Positions 13,001-24,955 of a stretch of DNA of 64,000 nucleotides are shown here, in pieces. The DNA is from Antedon mediterranea (taxonomy: Eukaryota; Animalia; Echinodermata): contig NC_092676.1 in assembly GCF_964355755.1 (NCBI RefSeq), positions 4,317,888 through 4,381,887 on the forward strand, in the 5' to 3' direction. The notes beneath the pieces were generated by a model that was given only the letters and a program-made list of their open reading frames with translations, was not told the origin of the DNA and did not search any database. How positions within the stretch are numbered: position 1 is the stretch's first letter; every line of letters starts with the position of its first letter. A program made the position numbers and the translations under genes.

Positions 13001-16000
13001 CTTAGTATGAATTATTTTATGTTGTAGTCAGTTAAGAAAATAATATCATAAAGTAGTTAAGTGTACTGTAGATTTGAATCCAATTTGTTTGCTAAATATA
13101 AACGAAATATTTAACAAAGACACTAAGTTAGGGAAGGGCCGGACATATTGATAACCTTTGTAAAAATACAAAGAAAACAAATAGGTGTTTTATATAAACT
13201 AAGATATTTGGTTTCTTTTAAAATAAATATTAATTTTAATATATAACTTCTTTATTTTACCGTTATTATTTATGGTATAGAAGTCTGGGGAAACACTCAT
13301 ATAATGTTACATTTTCTGATTTCATTTTATATAATTGTTTAAACAACTTAATATTATAGATGTTTAAAAGTTATGTTATATGTTTTGTGTTTTAATTATT
13401 ATCATTTGTATTTATTATTTATATGCTATATTCATTTAATAACTATATCGGCGTCTATTAAAAAATTATTTATGTGTTACATTTCGAAGGCCAAATCTCG
13501 CCAACCGAAAGCTTTTTATTTAGTCGTTTTGTCAAATAAGTAAATCATGTAATTATTATTATTTTACATTTTGTAAAAAAAGTCAAAAAGACTATGCATT
13601 ATATTAAATAAAATAAACAGAAGGGCGTGAAAGATTACTGCAATTTTTGACTAAAAATCATGATCCTAATACATTAAAAGTTTTAATTTCTTTTGTGAGT
13701 TGTTGAAGCTTCCATAACATGAACAAGTGTTCGTTGCTATAGGTGTTTAGACAATCTCCTGTTAGTTGAGCAACATAGATTTAAGTAGTTTTAAAAACTG
13801 TATTCATTGTGATAATGCAAGTTTTTAGAAGTTAATAATACAACAAAAAATGTTTTTTTCCTGTCCTCTCTTGAAAGTCTGTTTCAATTATTAAATAATA
13901 AATTATTTTACATTGTTGGTTAAGCAATGACAATGGATTAATCACAATTTGTGGCTTATAAAAGATAATTTTTAAAAATCACAGTTTTTAGTTCATCTAT
14001 CATGAATGAACTTAATTTTTTTTTTAATTATTCCAAATCATTTATCCCCAAGTCAATTACAGTTTTCAACAACACCATTACTAGATACTTTGGTTCTGTT
14101 TAAGTAAATTGTTGTGTACTAGATGGTACGCTCGCTTCGCTCGCGTACCATCTAGGTCGTGCCCACAGATGGTTCTCGAATACATAATAATTTCAGCATT
14201 AAAAAACTGGCGATTTCAAATGTACGTACCGCAGGACAAATACATGTCGTTTACAGGAACGAATAAATAGACAATTTGATTTATGTACTCAACTAAAATT
14301 AGCACCCTGGGAATTACTTCCGAAAGAGAAACTTTTCACAAAATGAGACCAATTGTTTAAGTCAAATTTAAACAAACTTAATTTGTGTTTTGTATGTAAC
14401 ATTAGGGTTGAGGGATGGGGAAGAGGATGGGTGCAAAGAGGAACAATTTTTAAATATATTCTTTATCTATTTAGTAACGAAATATTAATTGTTTTCATGT
14501 TTTACAAATAATATACCACTAAACACAGTAAAACATTGCGATGTAATACTTTGTTGAAACTATCACCGTCCAAGTCGATTGAAATAGTACAGTACATGTA
14601 ACGATACATCACTACGACGTGTATATGTTTATATAATGTAAAACAATTTGTGAAAACCACCTCTATTCGGGGAAAATCATAAATTCGATTTAATCGTCAA
14701 TAAATATTAAATTATCTAACTCAACTTAATAAGTAGGCCTAATGGTTTTCAATTGTTTCTTAGAGCCAATTCATACTTAAGTTGGTTCCTACCCTACCCA
14801 CCAAAGTTGTTCTGCGTTTAGGGCATGTGATGTACCGTAGGCCTATCCTCTACTGGTTTTACAACGCTACTCATGCCAGTGAGAGAAGGGTGATGATGTG
14901 GGTGGTTTAATTGCAATAATAAAGATTTGTACATAATATACGGCGAGTGAAAACTCTAGCTCATTATCCGTTTAAAAAAAAATGTATATCCAACCACTGC
15001 AGCACAGATTGAAAAAAAAAATGGATCGAATTTCTGTTATGAGTATACAGTACTTGCCTTTACGACGCCTGAGGGAATAGACACTTGAGGAACAGAGATT
15101 GGAATGTTCCATTCATCGCAAATCAATACATTTGTATAAACGTATATTAAATCTATCAAAATAATATTTTTTAAAGAAAATCGGCCTTTCTTCAACATTA
15201 TGATGCTGTACTCGAGCTGTTCAACCGGTTTTCAGCTATTAAAAACAATTATCGTAGGAGGAAATAGGAAAATGCGAAGCATCCTCGTATTATTGTGTGC
15301 GGGTATTTTTCAAGACGGAAATCCATTAGACAGTGTATACCACGATCGAAAAACACCCCTATTTGGGGCAAATCGTTGAACCTAAATTCGTTTTAATCGT
15401 CAATAACTAATTATCGAACTCAATTTAATTAGTAAACAGGGTTACATCAAGTGGTTAAAATCAGTACCGAAAGTACGAACCAACTTTATATACCATCGAG
15501 TAAACATTCTAGAAATAACGCGCGATTTACCAAATTTTGCCCTTACGTAAATTTATATATAGATAACGTTTATGTGTAGTTTGTATAGCGTGTATAATGT
15601 TCTCATATATTTATTCATTTCTTAAAATAGTGTACAAAAAAAAACAGATTTCTGATTTGTTTTATTGAATCCAATTAATGCTGTGAGAGCAGCGAATTAT
15701 TAATGTTATTATAAAGCAATATGTAGAGACAGCAGACTTTCTTCATCGGCATAATACTACTACTGTAGTTGGAAGCAGGAGTACTTGTTACTCAGTATAA
15801 CATTTTGATTTTCAATCATTCTGGAAGTATCCATTCATAATGTAATAATAATTTTACATTGCAGGTTAAACAACTATAACAATAGATTTAATATTATTAT
15901 ATAATTTTATTATGTGATTTTATAACAAATTAGTTACAAAAAAAAAACCCAAAAACAACCGGTTTTTAATTAATTCATAATGAATTATTTTTATTTTTTT

Positions 16001-19000
16001 GTAAGATAGGCCTAATATAAATATAATTTAAGTGAGATTTTCTACATTTAGTATTTGCTTATGTAGTGATTTTGTTATCAAATTATAAATATATTTTTTT
16101 AATATTAACAATTACTTTGTATTTCTCTTACTTTGAAGGATATTGCACATCGGGCAAGTCATTGGATATCGGTATTTTTTTTAAAAATTATTCTTATGAA
16201 TTTCTTTTGATTAATAATTCATTAGTTCAATATATGTACTGCAAAAATGAATTCATATATGCCATGCAGTTGTTTGAAATGTTTAATTTTGATAACACAT
16301 CTAAGTATAGCATTTAAATATTTCCATTCCGTTCAGGGTTAAGTGGTACTACTATCACTACAGTTTTCCTTAAAACAAATTAGTTTACGGCCATTGCGGC
16401 TCTTCTCCACGTTCAAACATTTGAGAGACATCTATTTATTTCCTTTGAGACTTATTATAGGCTAACATTGGCAGAATTGTAAATTGTTATAGAAATTTGT
16501 CTTGCGACATCAACATAAAGTCTAAAAAAAGCACAAAAAAAATAAGTGTAATGACAAATATGCTTAATTTTGTATAAAATTTAAAGTAATTGAGTAAACA
16601 ATTTTTTCTTTCCTTTTCACAACATAATTTAGGTGGCTCTGAGAACAAATTTGTAATTGTTTACTTATAATATTAAATATCAATGAATAAATGAATGTGA
16701 ACAAAACAAGGCTATCAAATTAAATTAATGAAATCACTTTTTCTAAACCTTAAACCTATTCTTAAAAAAACAAGGCCAACATCCATTAAGTCGCGTGCTA
16801 CAATGCATAGTGATACCGGACCGACCGACAGACCGACCGACCGGCATAGTGAACAATAGAGTCGCGTCCACGCGACTAAAAAGGCATAATTTTGACGAAT
16901 TTTTGAACTTTTTCATCAAAAACGTGCGCAAATTATCCAATTCGACGTGCTCGTATGACGTAATTTTAAGTCAAAACTGTTTAAAAGTTGGTAAAATTAT
17001 TAGAAAAGGCTGCAAAAACATAAATCCCGCGAAAAAAGTATGTATTTAACGCTACGTGCGCACCGCGCGCGTAAACATTTGCGCGCGTATGGGAATTTTT
17101 GACATGCTCAAAATGACAAGAAACGCGTAGAAAGTTGATTAAAAATTAATTTTGCGCATTTTAAAATTTTAAATGCGCGCGCGCGCGTAACTTTGTGTAA
17201 AACACACATTTTTTTTCAACAGAAAGTTAGCGCCTGATATGAATTAAACTTTTGCAAAGCTTCAATTTAAAATGTTATTTGGTTTTTGCCCTATGTTTAA
17301 TACGAGAAAATCGTTAAATCGCGCGTAAATCACGTTGCGCAACTCTAACGTCATTCAAAATAGGATGTCCACAATTTCACGTAAATGCCCACATGTTGAC
17401 AGTTCAAAAAGTACAGAAAAGCAATAAAACCCATAGTAATACCGGACCGACAGACCGACCGACATAGTGAACTATAGAGTCGCGTCTACGCGACTAATAA
17501 ACTTGCCTAACATTATTCAAATTGCTTCTTATACTTCTACCTTTTTACTAATTCATTTCTTATACTAATGTATAATCTTGTTCCAATAAGCATGATTATT
17601 TTGTGTAATCTTCATAATGAAACTTCATTCAGTACCATTTTTTTGTAAAGACCTGTTTCATTTATTGAGTTGCAGGCTGCATTGCAGCGGTGATAACTAA
17701 TGGTTTTAATATATTGTAGTTGAAAACATATAATTTACATCAAAAATTAAATACTGCAATTTTTAGTCGCGTGGACGCGACTCCATAGTTCACTATGTCG
17801 GTCGGTCGGTCTGTCTGTCGGTCCGGTATCACTATGCGTTTTATCGCTTTCTGACCTTATCTTGATATCAGTTTAATCTAGCTAAGTCAATTTTTCACAG
17901 TATATTCCTTATGGCCAGGAATCGATGTGGTTATGTTTTCCCGGTGCGCAATAACAAATTACGCGGTCTACGCACGACGATTTAACGAAATCACGTTTGT
18001 AATCATATCTTCAAAACCATGAATCACAATTAAATAAAATTTGGTACTTGTAAATTACAGGGCATAAATCATCATATGGCAATACAATTACATGCGTAGC
18101 GCATGTAACGCATGCGTACGCGCGCTTACAATTTTCAAAATTTATTTTCGATGAAATAAGAGTACGTTTCAGGCAATTTTAAGCGTTTACAAAATTGCCA
18201 TGAGTGCGCAGATTTTTGCGCGTTAAATGTTATTGCGCACTCTATTTGCCCGATTTCTGTTTTCTTGACTTACTTTTCAACTCGAAATTATGTTATACGA
18301 GCACGTCAAAAGTGTCAGGCTACGCACGTGTAAATTAAAAAAATATAAATGTTTTTAAACATTTCAACATTTTTAAACATGTTCAGTAATTTCGGTCAGT
18401 TGGTAGGTTGGTCGGTCGGTAAACACTAATGAGCACGCGACTGCAGCCATCTATATGGCCTTGTTAATTCATACTGAACTTTTTCTTCAGGCCTGGCGTG
18501 TGGGACTCTAATCAAATACCTACAATAGAAGCCAATTCATTTAATGGTTTGACATCACTGCTACAACTGTGAGTATTTTTTCAATTTGTATACTTCTACA
18601 AACTTCCTAGATTTTTCAAATACAACATATCATTTTAGAATATTTTTCAGTAGATTTTGTATCAAACAAAAATCAGCAAAACATGGCCAATCACAAGATG
18701 GTATATAAAACATCAACATCATCCATGGGTTACCAATGACATCAATCAATTTATCAATATAAAGCATAGACTGTTCAGAAAAGCCAAACGTATTGGTTCT
18801 GTATCTGCATGGGATGACTATAAGTCTATTTGTAATAAGGTTAAGCGTCTATGCAATAAGTCGTATTATTCATATGTCAACAAATTATTTACAAGTGACT
18901 CTACTCGTAAAGCTTTCTGGCGTTTTGTTAGAGAACGTAGAAGATCACCAGAACCCGTTATCTTTTAATATTAACGGTGTGAATGTTTTGTCACACCCTG

Positions 19001-19069
19001 TAATTGCTAGTTCATTTAATTAGGTTATATGCATGATATGCATATAACCTCTTGATTCTGTCAAAATCT

Positions 19070-19112
<43 letters not shown>

Positions 19113-22100
19113 TTCTTTCCTTAGCACTATTTGTCCGTGAATTATCTTGGCATCAGTTTCATCTATCTAAGTCAATTTTTCAGAGTATATTCCTTATGGC
19201 CAGGAATCGATGTGGTTATGTTTTCACGATGCGCAATCAAAAATTACGCGGTCTACGCGCGATTTAACGAAATCACGTTTGTAATCATATCTTCACAAAC
19301 ATGAATCACTTTTAAACAAAATTTGGTACTCATAAATTTCAGGTCATATTTCATCATATGGCAATACAATTACGTGCGTAGCGCATATAACGCATGCGTA
19401 CGCGCGCTTAAAATGTTGAAAATTGTCAGAATTTATTTTCGATGAAATTAGAGTACGTTTCAGGCAATTTTAAGCGTTTAAAAAATTGCCATGAGTGCGC
19501 ATATTTTTGCACGCGCACTGCGCGTCAAACGTTAATGCGCACTGTTTGTGTCCGATTACTGTTGTATAACCTTTCTTTAATAATATCATCATATTTTATT
19601 CACTTTTCAACGCGAAACAGCGTTATACGAGCACGTCAAAAGTGACGGGCTACGCACGTGTAAGTTAACAAAATGGTGAAAATATGCTAAATTTTAAAAT
19701 TAATATATATCGTTAGAATGCTCGGGAACACCTATTTTTTATTTAATTTTCTTGAAGGTATGTATCATATGTATGATTTATTATGAAATTAGAAGAACAA
19801 AAGTTGATTAAGTCATCATTAATGGCATATTAAATTTAACAAAATTAATTTCGACAATCAAACAAATTATAACATTTTCTTAGGCCAAAATAACAAACTT
19901 AACGTTAACTTTCTTCCTTAAGAATTTCATATATTAAAGTTAAAAGTATATAGTTTGACAGTGCATCATTTTTTTAAATTTTTAAAGATATCATCATAGT
20001 AAAACATTTTAATTCATTGCGGTATGTAATAATCTATCTGCACCAAAGTGGTTACTGCATAGTAAATACACGGTGGAATTTTTCTCCAACTTTTAGTCAG
20101 TTGTGTATGGCTCGATGGTCTGTGCTCGTGTCAATGGCATTCAAGGTACCGAGTTCAAGTCTCACCTTGGGAAACGAAATAAGATTTTTTTTTTATTATC
20201 CGTATTGTTCAAATTTATTTCTTAGTGTATAGATTATACACATGATTTATAATGAAATCTAGATAAAAAGTTACTTTATGTCTTTATTATTATGTAACAA
20301 CAAATGCGGTTTATGACATTATACGCAGAGGGATCTTTGATCGGATTGTGATACCGGCTATGGTGTTCGCGTTAGCAAGGTCCTATCATATATTATAAAT
20401 AATTAAAGATTCTGAGAAAATCAATCAATCAATATATCTTTTAAAAATCAATTATCTTTATTTAAATCAATGCATATAACCTATAATTCGTCATAGTGAC
20501 GAATTAAATCTAGTTATTTTTTTGTTTCTGTTTTTAACCCACCCATAATTCCCAACTGTGAACCTCCGGTTTGTAATGTCCCAATCCCTGAACTTTCTCA
20601 ACTTAACTTTAACGTCTACAATGTTGAGAAGGTGATTAATGGACTTTCGTCTAATAAATCTCCAGGTCCTGATTCCGTGCATCCATACATGAAATCTGCT
20701 TCCGAATTTATTGCTCCACCATTATTTAATTTGTTTAACTTGTCCCTGCGTATGGGAGAAATCCCCGCTAAGTGGAAAATGTCCCATATTACTCCTATAT
20801 TTAAATCTGGTGATACAAATGCAATTTGTAATTACAGACCAATATCCCTTACCCTATATGTTCGAAACTGCTTGAAAAAATACTGTTTTCAAGTATATCT
20901 GATCACGTTGCTTATAATTGTCCAATTACAGAAGCCCAGCACGGTTTTTTTCCCTCCCGTTCCTGTGTACCCAACTTACCAACCTAACACCAGAATTGAT
21001 GTTATCTTTCTCGACTACGCCAAAGCGTTTAATAAACTGCCCCACCATATTATTTTAAATAAGCTGGCTAGTCACTTCAATATCAGAGACAATGTCTGGA
21101 AATGGATCAAGTCATTTCTATTGGGACGTTCCCAAAGAGTCTTGTATCAAGGATCCATTAGCCCATCATCCCCAGTTACCTCTGGAATACCACAGGGCAG
21201 CGTACTTAGACCCCTTCTTTTTAACTTGTTTATAAATGACCTTCCCTCATCTATTATTTCTCAATGTGCATTGTTTGCCGATGACCCGATAATTTATAGA
21301 AATATATTTACTGTAGACGATGAAGTTGTTCTTCAGTGCGATCTGATCAGGCTTTCCTCTTGGTGTGATCTAAATGAAATGGAGCTTAACTTAAATAAAA
21401 CCAAGGTTCTCCACATTACAAGATCAAGGAAAGAGTATAGACATGTTTATCGTATAAATGACTTGCCTATTAAATCCGTATCTAGTCATTGTCATTGTCA
21501 TCTGGGGGTCACGATTAATAGTGAACTTACTGGGGATGACCATGTAAACTTAATTATTTCTCGTTCAAATCGAATGTTGGGTTTTATTACTAGTATTGCA
21601 GGAGGATCATCCCCTTCAGCTATTTTCTCACTCTATAAAGCTCTCATTGTCCCCATCCTTGAATATGGTGTCCCTGCGTGGTTGGGTGTCACGAAACCTA
21701 AAACCACGAAAGCTAAGACCCCCTAAGACCTAAGATCACGAAAGCTAAGACCCAAGACCTAAGATTACAAATATTTATCTTTCGCACCTGCCTTGTATTT
21801 TAACTCCCAACATTTATTCTGAATACCACACCTTAGAATTGGCACTTTTATGAAAAAGAATCACATAAAAAGTAACAAATACATTTTTAAATTGATGATT
21901 TTACAGACGTTTTTCTCGCACACAAACTGTTTGCGAATTTCGCATGACTAGCCTACAGTACAGTAGCAGTAGGCCTTCCACCATGTTCAATGTTTTTGTT
22001 TCTATGGAACGTCAAAAGAGCAAAAATTATATAGAGGGCTGAAAACTCTGTGGAGTCCATCTACAGTGTGGATGGAACAATGTAATATTAAAATTGTAAT

Positions 22101-24912
22101 GATAATAATATAATCATGCAAGTACGAAGAAATAAATACTGGCAAATAAATTTTAATTTAAAAATCATGATTTGTTTTGTTTTTCTTTCTGTTTTTATAC
22201 TTGTACTATTATTGTAGCTCTTTTGGCGCTCCATAGAAACAAAAACATTGAGCATGGGGGGAGCTCGAGGAGTTACAGTATACAAAGAAACATGTCTGTA
22301 AAATCATCAATTTAAAGGATTTATTATTTTTTTTTTATGTGTTTCTCCGTCTGAAAGTACTTATAAATCCTAATTTTAAAGTGTGGTATTCAGGATAAAG
22401 TTCGTCAACAAATTTGGAGTCAAAATACAAGAAAGGCAGGTGCGTAAGAAAAACATCCTCTGAACCAACACAATGGAGTAAATATATACCAACAAACAAC
22501 CCGTCAAGTTTGTTTGTTGTAAAGAAAAAAATATACATTTACTCAACGGGCGAAAATAATGTGAGTTTATCTATGTTTTGCGGTAGTATTTAATTATATT
22601 TATGGTAATAAATGAAACCTACTGTGTTTAAAATTATGTATGGATAAACAAGTATTGTTTTTAAGCTGTAGTATATCTTAGAATTTGTAATCTTAGGTCT
22701 TGGGTCTTAGCTTTCGTGATCTTAGGTCTTAGGGGTCTTAGCTTTCGTGGTCTTAGGTTTTGTGACACCCCTGCGTGGTTGCCTCGAACCAAAAAACTTA
22801 CGGAACGTATCGAGGCAGTCCAGCGAAGGGCTACTAGGCTTGTCCTTAAACAAACAAGAGGTGAAATGGAATACGAGGAACGTCTCACTAAGCTAAATTG
22901 ACCAACAGTACTCTCTAATCGAAGAAATTATCTTCTGTTATCCTTTGTTTGTAAATCACTTATGGAACGGTTGATTGTAGTAGGCTAGTATTCGTCAATC
23001 TGTAGTTGTTAATGGCCGTCATCTTGATACACTTAAGTTCATTCATCACTATGCTCGAACCAATTGTCTTCATCATTCCGCTATTAACATATTCCCTAGG
23101 TTATGGGAAGAAATTCTTTAATTTTAGACAGTTTTCCAACATTTTTAAATTCACTTAAATCCCATGTTTTATATTGACTTTGTTGAATCGACTATAAAGT
23201 ATTTTATCCTTTTATTTTATATTGACACTGTTGATTCGTCTATTTGTTATATAAATATTTTTATATAGTTTTTTATATATCATTGTTGTTACATTTGGGA
23301 GTAGGTACGGAACCTGAACTCTTATTATAGTGATTAGGTTCACTTTTAGGTTCCTGCCTACTCCCTTAGTTTCTGTGTTTTTGTATGTTTGTAACTGGTT
23401 TTTGGCAATAAATAATAATAATAATAATAATAATATTTCTTAATACATGGTCTGCTACTTGCTTAATACTACATTGTTTTACCTTGAAGGTGGTTGAGAG
23501 ATTTCAAGATAAGTACATTGCCAGCAAATGCATTTTTTGGTTTAACTGCATTGACATTACTGTGAGTATTTTTTCATGTTATATACTTTATAATTATAAT
23601 TGAATTACTTCATAACATTTTAATTTATGTTATAAGTAAATTTAATATAGTGCTGTAACAAATAATGTATAACATCTAATTCCTTGATATAAAGACTATT
23701 TTAACGTAACAAAGATTTCTGTATTTAAAAAATTGTATTTTATACAAACAAAATGTTTTCCTGTCCTCTTATGGAAATATTTGAGATGATTTAAGATGGT
23801 ACCAGTACAGGGAAAGTAATTTCAATCTTCCCTAATGGTACATACCAATGCACTATATTGAATAAAAAGGACGCACAGACTTTTACGTGAGTATCCGTTA
23901 TGAGGTGTCAATTTACAGGTGGTGTCCACAGAACGTTTTAACTGTATTATGGACCATATCTGAATAAGGCATAGGAAAAGTAAAGCGGACACAATTTCTT
24001 GGATATTTTAATTTCTTTTTGACTGCGTATTCTTTATTGTAGGAGGTTGGACAATAACCAAATAAGGAAATTGCCAGCAAATGTATTTAATGGTTTGACA
24101 GCGTTAACAGAACTGTGAGTATAATATCTTAACCAATTTATCCCAAATCACTACATTGTACAATAAACATGCATGTAGTTTATCATTTTATAATGTGATC
24201 TTGTAACAAAGTGTAATTGAATTTTAATGAGAGATGATGAACCTGGAACCACTGGTCAACTTGCCTGAAATCACACTTTTTACTATAAAAGGGTTAATAT
24301 TCTCTAGCATAAAGGCTAACATTTACATGGTGGGCAAGTAAAGCTTAAAACTACTTAGCGTAGTGGTTTTGGTTGCCAACAAAGCTGTAAATGGAAATTG
24401 AACTTATAAAAACTTTAACCTGAACCAAAAATAAAAGGGGTAAATGCAGTGTTTATATTAAATAATTAGATAATTTGCAACTAACTTAATTAACTGCTCA
24501 AGCCCAAACTAGCAATACCATACTGTGCATTATTTATCATTTAAGGTGGATGGACGGTAACCAAATAAGTACATTGGAAGCCTATGCATTTGCCGGTTTG
24601 GAATCGTTGACGGAACTGTGAGTATTTTTCAATACATTCTAATTTCAAAAGAAATTGATTGTGGTTGTAGAAGCATTTTAATTATTCCAATTAATATTGA
24701 ATGTCATATGGACTGCCCTAACAAACATTGAGTAAACACCAGTGTCAGTCAATGGAATTACAATGAACAACATGAATTATGTTGTGATCATTTTGATTCC
24801 AAGATATTTTTTGTCACAAAAAAAAGAATGAGATCTTACCATATACTGAATCAAACAAATTATATAAAAAAATTCTTTTAATTGTCACATAAATATTTAA
24901 ATTCAATTTGAC

Positions 24913-24955
<43 letters not shown>

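Larger units (their letters stand above)
18695..23435 (+). mobile_element. Degenerate 5'-truncated CR1/L2-group LINE in three pieces (about 18695-19020, 20514-21683, 22771-23435)
   Basis: HPWVTNDI...KAFWRFV; KSPGPDSV...NYRPISL...LDYAKAFN...GIPQGSVLRPLLF...LFADD; EYGVPAW|LPRTKK..IEAVQRRATRLV; frameshifts; (AAT)n tail at 23407-23435. Confidence 0.85.

Noticed and set aside
20100-20175. tRNA gene
   Set aside because: Only A/B-box-like remnants (TGGCTCGATGG, GTTCAAGTC) inside a HINE; no cloverleaf
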